A stretch of 64,000 nt of DNA. It comes from a virus. Position numbers and translations under genes: made by a program. Positions 30,001-39,922 of this stretch are shown in pieces (the stretch's first letter is position 1; each line of letters begins with the position of its first letter). Below the pieces are notes generated by a model that searched no databases, was not told the DNA's origin, and saw only the letters and a program-made list of their open reading frames with translations. The stretch spans positions 32,196 to 96,195 of the IMG/VR virus record IMGVR_UViG_3300025769_014365; one strand, given 5' to 3'.

Positions 30001-33000
30001 CCTGTGCTTCGCTTACCGATGCCGTTGGTCCATAGAACGTTCCAGAGTATCCATCGAATGTGTAGGAATTGGTCGCACCAGATCCACCATTCTGCGAGTC
30101 ATATATCTCTGCCTGCTTCTCGCTGGTGAACAACGGGTAGTAGTATCCAAACCATCCACTGGTCGCACCCGATGAACTTGTGGCCTGTATCTGGAAAGGA
30201 CCAGTGGATCCCACAGTGCCTCCAAGTATCGTGACTGTTGGTGTGGTCTGATAACCAGACCCTCCGTGTGTGACAGTGATTGACTGCACATATTTCTTAT
30301 GGTAGTCGTACCACATCTGCCATGGCAACTGCGTGAGTTTGTCAGTGTCAGAGGAAACATTCAGTGATCTTATCTTACCTGTTGTGTCGTCATAAAACGC
30401 AGGATTATCAAAATCAGTGAACAGGCCATCCTGGGTGTCAGTGCCCGTGTATCCAAGTTTGTAGTCTCTGATCTTGCTGTGGAAAGGTTTGACCTCATTG
30501 ATGTATTCCTCTATCCACGTGTCTACTCCCGTGGTGTATGATTTTCTCTGATCAAGTGGTCTTACACTGTTTTTCGCACTTATGAAACTGGTCTTGAACA
30601 TCCAATCAACATAGGTCTGTTCTGACAACACACGTCTAAGTCCAGTGAAGAACAGTGTGTTGTACTCTACCGCTAAATCATTGATGAACAGATCGTCTCT
30701 GAGCGCTGTCAGGACTTTCCTGGTCTCAATTCTAGGTTCCTGGTCAAACCTGTTGTCGTCGAACGTATCCTCACCCGCGAAACCAGTTGCGTCCTGGCTA
30801 TAATCATACAGTTTGGTGCTCAATCTTATTGTGCCATTTTCTGTTCCGACCAACTCCCACCCCGATGCTGTCCTCATAAACAGTTTCCAACCACCGGTAT
30901 CCGCGCTGGTGACTTTGACATGTGATCCTATCGGCAATTCTAGTGACTCTAGCTCATACTGAAAAGTCACCTGCTTGTCTATCACGGTGTTCTCATCATG
31001 CACCATGTCACCGTCTGTTTTGTACCAATCAGTGTAATTCCAGTAGCTAGATGTGTTGTAGGTCTGTATCCTGGTCCTAGTGAACTCCGTACCGTCCCAT
31101 TGATATATCGACCAGAAGCCGTTGGCGGTCTCGTCTGACCTAACCAGGTAGTTGACGGTGCCTGAAAGGTCAGCGGTGTTGACATATGTCAGTTCGGCGT
31201 ATGTGTCCACTGACGCGTCCCATTCGCCACTGCCCACAGTTGGTTCTGGCTCTTTTGAATCTAGGTTTGTGAGATTTATCTGTCCAACCAGTTGGTTGCG
31301 TTTCAGCACCAGGTTGGCATAGTCTATGATCTCTTTAAGCGCTCCGAATCTATCAACGTACCAACTCTGCCTAGGCCTAATGTTGTTACCGTAACGCTGG
31401 TTGACGGGTAGTGTGATGTCAGGGACCAAGTCACCAGATTCGTTGGAACCTATGAGTGAGTCCCACCATCTTTGTTCTATCTGCGTGCCGGGCCTGTACT
31501 CTTTGTCCCCTTCTCTCGCCAGTTTCCAGACACTGTGCGCATCTCCATCGAAGTCGTTGGTCCTGATGTCAACGTTGAGCACTATGTCGTCGTTGCTAAG
31601 ATCATCGACGTTGTTGATCAATAATTTGTTGGTGTCCGTCACCGAATAGTATTTTTTGTCAAACCTCTCCGGGTTGGCTATCATGTTGGCGACCAAAGCG
31701 GTGGAATTTTTCCTACTTACAACACCGTTTACCGGCACCGTGGCTTTGTTCCTTACCCAGTAGTAGTAGAAGTTTACAAATCTATCTAGCCTAGAATTGT
31801 ACTTCTGCACCACTGTGTATGTCGAATCGTCGCCGTATGCGGCTGTGCCTGATATGCCTTCTGATGCACCTTGTGGTGTGCCGGACCTTGTGTTCCATTG
31901 GCTTGGCAGTAACGTAGATTCCGTCCATTCGTACACATCTATGCTCGATCCTGGGAAAGTTTTACCCCAATTGTTTGTCTTGTATTCCTGGCTGTCCTGC
32001 TCGTACCAGATCCACTTGACCGTGCTTAGGTCCCACCAAGTTTCTCCAACATGGTCATCAGTCCATGCTGTCTTGGAATTGGAAACAGGACCGAAGTTGT
32101 AAGTGGCCGGATCCCATGTGGTCTTGATGTTGATCTCTCTATCTGCCAAACCAAGTATCCTGCCCTTGATCGGATCGTAGAGATCATAGTAGTCTCGTAT
32201 CTGCTTGGTCTTTCTGTTGAAGTCAAACACCTTGCCCAGTTTGTCGACATCTACCAATGCTTCTTCGGTGACCAAATTCTTCCAGGCATATTCTCCCCTC
32301 ACTGTAAGGTCATACCAGGCCACAGTTCCATCATTGGACACACGTGTGCTTCCGTCTGCAGTGGTGTTGCCATCGTCGGCCGGAGCGCCAACGAACACTG
32401 CGTCATCTATCATGCACAGACCACGTGCAAAATCATCATTTGACGTGACACTGTCAAAGTTTAACCTGTCATCCACAACGAACCTAGTGTTGTACACAGT
32501 GGCCGTGTATGCCGCACCTGAATCTGTGTTTAGGTCCACTATAGTGGTGTCCTGTAAGTCAAATGTGGTTTCACCTGAATCAAATTTCATCTCCCTGGCG
32601 TTCGCAAACTTCTCAGCACCTATCACTATCCTCGTGCCGGACTGGTTTATGTCTAGTGTAGTTCCGAATTTCATGTTGTCTTGTGTGTCTGGTGCCGTTA
32701 TGGTCTGCTGTAATGTGTAGGTGTTTGTAGACCCGTCTGCGTTCCATTTGTAGTAGTATATCGCGCCGCCGTCTGTCTGTTCCGCTCCATCAACCCCAGG
32801 TGCACCTATGATCAACGTTGCACCGTCCTTGCTCATCGCAACGGATTCACCGAAAGCGGTGTTGATGCTTGATCCATCACTGTCTACGCCCGTGATTGTT
32901 TGAACCAGTGTGAATGAATTCTGTGTGCTTCCGTCATTGCTCTGTGATGTCCTAACGAATATCTCCACCTTACCAGCATTGCCTGGAGCCACTGAGCTGA

Positions 33001-36000
33001 CTGCGAGTATGTCGCCATTGTCGTTGGCGGCGATCCTGTGGCCGAACCTCTGTCCAGATCCCCCGTCGGGTGCTTCCAGTGTGTAATCTTGTGTCCAGGT
33101 GTCGTAAGTGGAACCGTCGAGTCCTACCCCCCATGTGTAAAGGTAAACACGTCCCGTGTCGTTGTCGTGTCCTGGCGCCGATACGAAAAGGTATTTCTGT
33201 GCCGTTTGCCTTGTGCTTAGTAATGTGGGCTCTGCAATCTTGTGGGCCCAACCAAAATTCTGTGATGCAAGGTCGACCGGTGAAGTCAGTGTGCTCAGTA
33301 TTCCGTATTTGAATGTGTCTGGATCCCAGACATAAATTTTGACCAACCCAGCATCTGAAAATCTTGTGCTTCCATCAGAGCCAAGTGCGTTTGTGTAAGG
33401 CGCTCCCGCCACAACGAAGTTCTCGTCTGTGCTGATGGACAATGACTCTCCCAACCTGCTGGTGTTGTCGTCGCCCTCCGTCATAGTGCCTATGGATTGT
33501 GAAGTGAACAGTGTGCCCGGGTCATGTGACTGTCTGAACAGGAAGTGTAGCTCTCCTTGGTTCTTGCCCGGGGCAGATATAACGAGCGTCCTGCCGTCGT
33601 TCCTCGCCACTATCCTGTGTCCAAACTCTTGGTCAGCGGTGGCCGTGTCAGGTGACAGAATGAGGCCATCTGTGTAGGGGTCCTGCTTCTCGTACACTCG
33701 CCACAGTCCTGTACTGTCCGCGTCCGCGAAAACCTTGTCTCCCTCTCGGCCTATTGCGTCGTCCTTGTCGGTGTAATCCGAGTAGCTCAGCCTATCATTG
33801 ACGTTGTCCATTGATGACAGCCTAACGGACACAAACTTGTAGATGTTGCCGTAACTGTCCGCAGTCGAACCGTCTTCCAGTGTGGGTATGAACGCCGTGT
33901 TGCCCGAGTAGTCTATTATGACCGTCTTGTGGTCTGGTGTGCTGGCGACCTGGTACACCGCGTTGAGTGTTGGTTCCTCGCTGTTGCTGATAGCGAAGAA
34001 GTCGGCCTCCGCCGTTGGTGAGGCTCCAGACAGACCGTGTGATCCGGTGAACGTTATCTCCAACTGTGATGCGTTGTTTATGGTGCGCAGTGTGGCTATC
34101 TTGAAGTCGGCCACCGTCAATCTGAACACGTCCCAGTCCCTGTTGGACTTGTTGGCCACCCAAATCAGATCATTGGCCGTAACTGCGTTGACGTCAAGGT
34201 TGAACAGGTCCGTGATATTGAATGCGGTGTGCTGTACCTGTCGCAGTTGTGGATATCCTGCGGTCTTGTAAACCTGTGCGGTGTCCCTATCCACGCCCGG
34301 TTTTGTGTAATCCAATCTACTGAACGTGGAGGCCGCTGTGTATTCCACTGGTCTATTGTACAGCTCATCTTTGGCTATGTACTCGGATCTAGCGTATTGG
34401 ACACTATCGTTGCTGGAGTCGTACAGCTCTATACTCTGTGGATCGGCGTTTATCTCGTCATCTCGTAATGTGATCTGAATGCTCTCCGTCGAGTCCGTGT
34501 TTCCGAACCTACCAGTCCTTATCATCCATTCCGGATACAGTTGCAGGTCAATATCAGAATTTTCGTACCTGGCCTTCAGTATCTTGTCAATGGCATTCTT
34601 AGTTCCCTTTTCCCGTATGTAGCCCTGATAGAACTTGTACTGTGACACGTCGTTCACGAATAGGTTCTCGAGGTAGTCCCTGCTCTGGTACCCTATCAAC
34701 CTCTGTGCCAACTGTTGCTGTGACTCATCGAAGTTGTTGGACTCTAGGTTATAGAAATCATTGAACTGGGCAATCTTGTAGTCGAAGTTGGGTATCAGTT
34801 GTGGTGCTGGTTTTTCTGCCTTGATCGTCCAGTTTGTTGCATCAAACACCGAACCCGAATTATGGTTCACCTTCGCCACGTAGAACTTGCCTTGGTGCTC
34901 AATCGAATCTCCCAACCTGTAGTCAGTGTGGGCCAACCAGTAAGTGACCTGTGCGGCGTCGAACACGAATCCCGGTGCGTAGTAGTCGCCGTTCCATCCC
35001 GCGGTCTTCCAACCCACCAACTTGAGTCTGGGTTGCCTGAAGCCAGTGAATGGATCATATATTATATCTGAGAACACAGTGGTGTTGTCAAACAACAGTA
35101 TGTGTTCTTTCTGCACTGTGTTTAGAGCTATGTTATACAGTCCCACATCCGCTGACTTGATCGCCAGCTCAAACGTCTTGCCTATGCGCTTGGTTGATAT
35201 CTCCCTGATGTCTATCTTCCTTCCGCCCGCATCCAACAGTGAGTAATCTCCCGCCAGGTTCCTCAATCTTCCAACTATGCTGTTGTCTGTGTCCAGTTCA
35301 AAACCATCCGCGGCCGGTGAAACTGTCACGGCAGATCCTGGTGTCCACTCCTGTGTTGTCCAGAACAGGAACTCCCTGACTGCATTGGCCCAGTTGAGCG
35401 TTTCTTTTAGTTCATTCGAGAACTTGTTGAACTTGAATCCTTGACCTTCTAACCAGTGACCATACCCGAATAGGAAGTCCGCAACGTCTTGTATAGTGTC
35501 AAAAACATATCCGTACGGTATGGTCTGCACTGTCTCTTGGTAGGCGTTGTATTGTGCCACCGTCTGTGATCCTGTAACGGACACTGCCTTGGATGTTGTG
35601 GTTTTAACTGGATAGTTGAACTTGAAATAAGGTTTGGTGGTCGAATACCCCAAGACCTTGTAACCACCCAGGAGCGTTGAACCATCCTGGCTGACGTCTG
35701 TGTTCTTCTCTATCAGCACTCCAGAGTACTGGAAGCTGTCCACTGGGTTAGAGGTCCTAAATAGTATCTTGTAGTTCTCATCAGGTATGAATTTGGATCC
35801 TGACGTCGATCCTGGAGATACCGAATCCGTCAACACCTTGATGTTGTCCTTATCGGTGAAGCCACCCAGTTTGTAGGCCAGTTGTACCGAAAGAGCCTTC
35901 ATCTTGTCATAGTAGAAAGTCTTTGGATCTTGGTTCTTGGATATCAAGTGATTGACCACGAAGGGTTGATAGCCAGCAGTCTGGTATCTGGTGGTTATAC

Positions 36001-39000
36001 CGGTGTTGTTGTCAGTTTCCGTCTCTAGGTGGTACTTGGCTGTGGACAGAGTCTTCCTAATACCCGTAAGTGTGTAAATCTGGTTGCCCGCTGTGTTTGT
36101 GGTCAGGCGTGATGGATCAAACAGATTGCTGAAGAATTTTGCGGGTTTGGTCAGAGCAACTGTCTTCATAACCGTGAATGGATACGCACTAGATCTCCTC
36201 CAGGCGGTCTCTGCTGGTGCTTGGTCTCCAAACTTCCAGGCCGCCTGTCTGCCCGGTATGTCAAAGTTATCGATCAGTCCTGCCGCTATGGGATCCAATA
36301 GGTTCCCCGACGCGTCCACGGGTAGATAACTCCTGATCTCTGGTTTACCGTATCTCCCTGGTTCCGTGGCTATCCTGTTCCATAAAACATCATTACCTGA
36401 CGTGTAGGGTGCAGTGCCGTATGTGGCTTCCCAATCTGAAGGTTTTTCTGAATGACCCAACATCTCCCATGGTCTCACATGTGGTGCGTCTGTGTCATAG
36501 AAATACTTGTATATTGCCCTCCAGTGTCCTGGTAGTCTCTCGCCGGTAAGCCTATCGGTGGAGTTTGCGTAGTTGTAAGTGAAGGGTGATCCCTCTGAGA
36601 AAGTTGTGTTGTTGATGTACTGAACGTTGTTCCTTCCTGCCCAAACATAGAAGTCCGGCGACATCACGCTTTCTATCTCGCCACGTGAGTAATCTGTGGC
36701 AGTGAAGGCACTTGGAAGCACATCGTGTAGGTCCACGTATGTGGCATCATATTCGGTTTTGAGATTGTTATAGATCCTCTTTTCCAGTTCCAATATGAGA
36801 TCATCTCGCTCGTCGCCGTATGCCTTTATTATTGAACCATCATGCTTCCTGATCACCGTGGTGTCGTTGAGGTATGTGTCGTCCGTGAACAACTCGGGCT
36901 TGAATTTTGGATACATTCCCATCTTGGTCGGGGTCACAGGCATGAAACTGCCCGTAGTGTCTCCGTAGTCTTTTATGACGATTTTGTCTCCTTCTGCGAG
37001 AGTGGTCAATATCGTGATACTGTCATCTGTGGTGCTGAACGTGTAGTCTGTGCCCACCAGCAACTGCTCGTCATTCAAGTACACGTAGACAGCACGGTTA
37101 CTCGGTGTGGTTATGTCATGCTGTGAGTCTATGGCGTATTCGGTCTGTGAAACACCCTGCACTGTGTATGATCTTGTTGAAACATTTTCTCCCCATCCTA
37201 CCATGTCCTCGTAGAAGAATGGGAAAGACGAGTTACGACCTTTTGTGATATTAGATATAATCTCATCAACCCTGTCTGCGGCCACACCTTCGTAGGCGGT
37301 GCCCATAGCGTGGGTAAGGAACGCGTTATACCATTTCTCGTACTCCTGGTTCACGTAATCCACGGAGGTGATGACATTGGTGTCTTGGTCTATGAGGCCA
37401 AACACAGCAGGAAGAAGTGGTCCCTCATGCTGGTGTATTGTACCTCCCTTCAACCTCGCATCGGGCTTATCCCTGAGGTTAGACACACCCGGTATTGCTC
37501 CTGTGATATCTTGGTTCTTGTCGAAAATGTCTCTGACGTGATCTAAAACCTGTCCCAGCGTGAAAGTTCCCAACTGTTGGTTGAGGCTGTTGGTGGCTAG
37601 GTTCTCCGGCACTTCGTATATGCCCTTTCCTGTCACTTTTGTGGCGGTGCTGTAGGTTGCCAACCTTAGTTGATCATTTACCGCGAGCTCATTGACGAAC
37701 CTCACGTACCTGTTGGTCGTGCCATCGACTAGTGTGTAGTCAGTGCCCTGCGTCATCCTGTTGCCGTTCACAGACACGGATACCTCTAGGTCAGTCAGCG
37801 CGGCGGAATTCTCGTAAACGTCTATGGGAAACAATCTCTTCTCCGTGTCGTCCACTATGCGGGTCCTTATCACCCTCTGTCGACTCTCGTTGGTCCTCTG
37901 TATCCATGCACTGCGTGAGTTGTGAGTCTGCCTGCCCGTGGTGTAGTGCAGGTGTCCCTCCGCCAGTTTCTTGGTCACGGTCCTTGAACCACTCTTGTAG
38001 GTGAACGTGCCTGAAGTGTGGTCTGACTCGAAAACTATGTCCCCCACGTTGTTGATGGTGTTGTACTTGACCCTTATGCCAAGCTCTGTGTCCACTGTTG
38101 CAGTGTCACTTGTGGCATATTTGAACACTGTGGCTCCCTGGAATGAGCTGTTAGGATACGTTGTCTCGTCATCAAAGGGGGTGTGGTCGTTGTCCCACAT
38201 TCCGAACAGAGGCTGTTGATTGACTCCGTTCTTCTGCTGTGCTTCGGTCCAGGCCTCCGCATTACCATCGTAAAAAAACGTCTTGCCCTGGTTTACTGTG
38301 CCAAACTCTATGAACACGCTTTCCTTGTCTGCTGGCGTGGCGTCGGTCGCCTGGGTGAGTGCTATCTTCTGTGTGGAGTCTCCCGCGGTCACGAAACTGA
38401 CGTCGTAGATCTTGTTGCGCACTATGGGGTCCGTGTCCACGGCGAATATCACCCGCATGCCGTCCGCCAGTGCTATTCCATCTATGATGTAGCCTCCAGC
38501 GTTGACCACCGTGCTGAAAGCATCTGTGGTGATGGTGTCATACAGCGTCACCGAACTCTTGGCCACTGTGCCGTGGTTGTAAAGTGCCAGTCCCGAATCA
38601 AATTCTATTATGGGCCTTTTCGCCCTAGCATCCTCGTCCAACACCGGGGTGAACCCACCTATCCTGGCGGTCTCGTCTATCACGCTCCTGTGGAACCATC
38701 TGTTGTATCTGGACCAGGCGTTTTGATCTTGGCTGTCACGCTTGATGGTTATGTAGTCCTTGACGTCTGGTGTGTAGTAGGCCAAGGCGTAAGGACGGGT
38801 GTCATAGGCCACTGAATCATACAGTATGGTGGTCTCTGTCGCGTAACTGGCGGGAGTGATCAGGTCCTGCACGTCAGTGAGTGTGATTGCGTCTCCCACT
38901 CCCTCCACGTAGTATTCCTTGCCCTGGTACGCTGTAGGCACCAGACTGCTTGTGAATTTTATCTTCATCCCATTCGAGAGATCTAAAGTCCTCAGACTGT

Positions 39001-39922
39001 AATTTTTTACTCCTATTATGTCATTTTCAACATCTATTGCTGTCGTGACGTCAGCGTCCTTGATCTGTAGTATTCCATACATGGCGTCATGGTTTCCACA
39101 CTGGTAGTACAGCGTGTCTGGCGCACCTGTGGTGGGCACAGTGAATGTGACCACGCCTTCGTCCGCGCCATTGTTAGTGACACCCGTTGAATAGATTGTT
39201 GAGGTTGATCCGTCCTCTGCCACCTTGCTCTTGTAGGGCTCCGTCATGATCCAGAATGGATGTCCCTTGGCGTTGACGTTGAATTTGTAGGTGTTGCCCC
39301 TGTACAGTGTCAGGATGGGATTGTTCTCGTTCTCTCTGTGTCTGAACTCATATGCAGATTGTCCCACGTTGGTCACTGTGTACTCCGCCACCGCGCTTGG
39401 CCCCACCGAGTCGATCTCGATAGATGATGGTCCTTCCGGTATCCAGTAGTACTCCCTGTAGTTGACCAACTTGTCATAATCGATGGCTGGATTCCAACTG
39501 TAAACCACTTCCTTGTTGAGACGATCGTGGTTGTCGATCTTCCCGCCCAGGTATTTGATCTGATTGATGTAATCATCATATGTGCCGGTGAATTTGACCT
39601 GGTCCTCTGGATTCACAGATGTGGTGTCCCTGTCGGTGTAGGTCACGGCAGGTTCCAACTGGTACGCGAAACGGTCCCTGTTGGTTGCGGGAATGTATCT
39701 GTCGTTGATTTCCCTGGTATAGGCGTCCTGCCTGCCTATGAAACCATCTAATCTCTCCAGTTCGCCCTTCTGAACTAGTGGGTCTAGTGTGCTGGCCAGA
39801 AATCGCTGGTTGGTGTCCGTCCTGTAGAATGCCGGAAGGTGCTGTACCGTCCTGCGATACTCGTTAGTGCCCTGTTGCACAACCTCGTTATTCGTTAATG
39901 CGTTTGTGGGATTGTCGGCCAT
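27077..39922 (-). CDS. giant virion structural protein (4281 aa; baseplate-wedge-associated, with beta-propeller and Ig-like repeats)
   Basis: Single open frame directly after the gp6-like gene; FG..(S/A)I...G..L.VGAP repeats; YINEVKPFH wedge-like motif; C-terminal GDGST.F repeats. Confidence 0.8.
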   Translation of the reverse strand: MADNPTNALTNNEVVQQGTNEYRRTVQHLPAFYRTDTNQRFLASTLDPLVQKGELERLDGFIGRQDAYTREINDRYIPATNRDRFAYQLEPAVTYTDRDTTSVNPEDQVKFTGTYDDYINQIKYLGGKIDNHDRLNKEVVYSWNPAIDYDKLVNYREYYWIPEGPSSIEIDSVGPSAVAEYTVTNVGQSAYEFRHRENENNPILTLYRGNTYKFNVNAKGHPFWIMTEPYKSKVAEDGSTSTIYSTGVTNNGADEGVVTFTVPTTGAPDTLYYQCGNHDAMYGILQIKDADVTTAIDVENDIIGVKNYSLRTLDLSNGMKIKFTSSLVPTAYQGKEYYVEGVGDAITLTDVQDLITPASYATETTILYDSVAYDTRPYALAYYTPDVKDYITIKRDSQDQNAWSRYNRWFHRSVIDETARIGGFTPVLDEDARAKRPIIEFDSGLALYNHGTVAKSSVTLYDTITTDAFSTVVNAGGYIIDGIALADGMRVIFAVDTDPIVRNKIYDVSFVTAGDSTQKIALTQATDATPADKESVFIEFGTVNQGKTFFYDGNAEAWTEAQQKNGVNQQPLFGMWDNDHTPFDDETTYPNSSFQGATVFKYATSDTATVDTELGIRVKYNTINNVGDIVFESDHTSGTFTYKSGSRTVTKKLAEGHLHYTTGRQTHNSRSAWIQRTNESRQRVIRTRIVDDTEKRLFPIDVYENSAALTDLEVSVSVNGNRMTQGTDYTLVDGTTNRYVRFVNELAVNDQLRLATYSTATKVTGKGIYEVPENLATNSLNQQLGTFTLGQVLDHVRDIFDKNQDITGAIPGVSNLRDKPDARLKGGTIHQHEGPLLPAVFGLIDQDTNVITSVDYVNQEYEKWYNAFLTHAMGTAYEGVAADRVDEIISNITKGRNSSFPFFYEDMVGWGENVSTRSYTVQGVSQTEYAIDSQHDITTPSNRAVYVYLNDEQLLVGTDYTFSTTDDSITILTTLAEGDKIVIKDYGDTTGSFMPVTPTKMGMYPKFKPELFTDDTYLNDTTVIRKHDGSIIKAYGDERDDLILELEKRIYNNLKTEYDATYVDLHDVLPSAFTATDYSRGEIESVMSPDFYVWAGRNNVQYINNTTFSEGSPFTYNYANSTDRLTGERLPGHWRAIYKYFYDTDAPHVRPWEMLGHSEKPSDWEATYGTAPYTSGNDVLWNRIATEPGRYGKPEIRSYLPVDASGNLLDPIAAGLIDNFDIPGRQAAWKFGDQAPAETAWRRSSAYPFTVMKTVALTKPAKFFSNLFDPSRLTTNTAGNQIYTLTGIRKTLSTAKYHLETETDNNTGITTRYQTAGYQPFVVNHLISKNQDPKTFYYDKMKALSVQLAYKLGGFTDKDNIKVLTDSVSPGSTSGSKFIPDENYKILFRTSNPVDSFQYSGVLIEKNTDVSQDGSTLLGGYKVLGYSTTKPYFKFNYPVKTTTSKAVSVTGSQTVAQYNAYQETVQTIPYGYVFDTIQDVADFLFGYGHWLEGQGFKFNKFSNELKETLNWANAVREFLFWTTQEWTPGSAVTVSPAADGFELDTDNSIVGRLRNLAGDYSLLDAGGRKIDIREISTKRIGKTFELAIKSADVGLYNIALNTVQKEHILLFDNTTVFSDIIYDPFTGFRQPRLKLVGWKTAGWNGDYYAPGFVFDAAQVTYWLAHTDYRLGDSIEHQGKFYVAKVNHNSGSVFDATNWTIKAEKPAPQLIPNFDYKIAQFNDFYNLESNNFDESQQQLAQRLIGYQSRDYLENLFVNDVSQYKFYQGYIREKGTKNAIDKILKARYENSDIDLQLYPEWMIRTGRFGNTDSTESIQITLRDDEINADPQSIELYDSSNDSVQYARSEYIAKDELYNRPVEYTAASTFSRLDYTKPGVDRDTAQVYKTAGYPQLRQVQHTAFNITDLFNLDVNAVTANDLIWVANKSNRDWDVFRLTVADFKIATLRTINNASQLEITFTGSHGLSGASPTAEADFFAISNSEEPTLNAVYQVASTPDHKTVIIDYSGNTAFIPTLEDGSTADSYGNIYKFVSVRLSSMDNVNDRLSYSDYTDKDDAIGREGDKVFADADSTGLWRVYEKQDPYTDGLILSPDTATADQEFGHRIVARNDGRTLVISAPGKNQGELHFLFRQSHDPGTLFTSQSIGTMTEGDDNTSRLGESLSISTDENFVVAGAPYTNALGSDGSTRFSDAGLVKIYVWDPDTFKYGILSTLTSPVDLASQNFGWAHKIAEPTLLSTRQTAQKYLFVSAPGHDNDTGRVYLYTWGVGLDGSTYDTWTQDYTLEAPDGGSGQRFGHRIAANDNGDILAVSSVAPGNAGKVEIFVRTSQSNDGSTQNSFTLVQTITGVDSDGSSINTAFGESVAMSKDGATLIIGAPGVDGAEQTDGGAIYYYKWNADGSTNTYTLQQTITAPDTQDNMKFGTTLDINQSGTRIVIGAEKFANAREMKFDSGETTFDLQDTTIVDLNTDSGAAYTATVYNTRFVVDDRLNFDSVTSNDDFARGLCMIDDAVFVGAPADDGNTTADGSTRVSNDGTVAWYDLTVRGEYAWKNLVTEEALVDVDKLGKVFDFNRKTKQIRDYYDLYDPIKGRILGLADREINIKTTWDPATYNFGPVSNSKTAWTDDHVGETWWDLSTVKWIWYEQDSQEYKTNNWGKTFPGSSIDVYEWTESTLLPSQWNTRSGTPQGASEGISGTAAYGDDSTYTVVQKYNSRLDRFVNFYYYWVRNKATVPVNGVVSRKNSTALVANMIANPERFDKKYYSVTDTNKLLINNVDDLSNDDIVLNVDIRTNDFDGDAHSVWKLAREGDKEYRPGTQIEQRWWDSLIGSNESGDLVPDITLPVNQRYGNNIRPRQSWYVDRFGALKEIIDYANLVLKRNQLVGQINLTNLDSKEPEPTVGSGEWDASVDTYAELTYVNTADLSGTVNYLVRSDETANGFWSIYQWDGTEFTRTRIQTYNTSSYWNYTDWYKTDGDMVHDENTVIDKQVTFQYELESLELPIGSHVKVTSADTGGWKLFMRTASGWELVGTENGTIRLSTKLYDYSQDATGFAGEDTFDDNRFDQEPRIETRKVLTALRDDLFINDLAVEYNTLFFTGLRRVLSEQTYVDWMFKTSFISAKNSVRPLDQRKSYTTGVDTWIEEYINEVKPFHSKIRDYKLGYTGTDTQDGLFTDFDNPAFYDDTTGKIRSLNVSSDTDKLTQLPWQMWYDYHKKYVQSITVTHGGSGYQTTPTVTILGGTVGSTGPFQIQATSSSGATSGWFGYYYPLFTSEKQAEIYDSQNGGSGATNSYTFDGYSGTFYGPTASVSEAQGTKSTAFKMYITPNTTAATATATIQNGAVTRITVTGIGANYTTTPTVVITGGRTDGSTPADTAKAYANLNNDLVRDFDTTIKFDRVSSTSRVQDWTASTAYAYNDLIRYNNELYKATSAFTSTTDFDDNIGDVYKVYGDETGLTAADRTKGFYTPGSGMPGNELDQVMTGVDYGGTMVTGLLFSQEQGWDRSGWYDFPWDNYGDSRVKAFRADGSTATYTFDTAPSTSDVYQVYITADDSTRRKLDDVIRGDGSTTAFTISETPDANALVEFIPFDDDGVLTPTDDRTLESIIQGGLFGSALGYAPSDIILEGDDFVNPDTSYAPEETVPGQLFDTLDIKVYTSPESGVPFITEKNYRGDGNTTEYAIGDFPGTLGSVTVTVDGVIKKLTTDYTVDVANKTITFTTAPAALSVISTKVFAISGENYRVLDTFTGDGSTAVFTTSTRGEFNLDSTSSDMYITIDGVPTTAYTTTTTANTITVTFTTAPASGEYIQIAGFNKSTTSTRSYASIRNDTITYDGSTNRHTLTYPPGAIGPFSGLTMVEVNGRMLRGPDNTYYLGDGSTYTYGVASGLGDGSTVDPAKTITSAAQVEVYVNGTKKDLNTDYTVDIGNQNVEFVSGAVPTATDVICISTLVDNHYYNEGTDIILKPSAITSPYSLTAGDVISVTTFNNALGMKQRREVLEGRPGGVFALRFAPLNATYTYVWLNGEQLTQQYDYTVSDTTLTITGKTITASDRIDVMYFALESAVGATGFRIFKDMLNRTFYKRISKTATTKLTIDMIEGTQTITVEDGSVLGTPDIASNTPGVIFIDKERIEYFTKSGNTLGQLRRGTLGTGIKEHGSGTEVVDASGTQTVPYADTVYTNTFTGDGSTVTFALSQTPSNAGELDIFIGGQRLLLTSEDGSTINYSVDGSTTAVTLSAAPASGTQIKILHKKGQVWYTGADGNPADGKGLQASTTQPAQFIASEPTNAPE

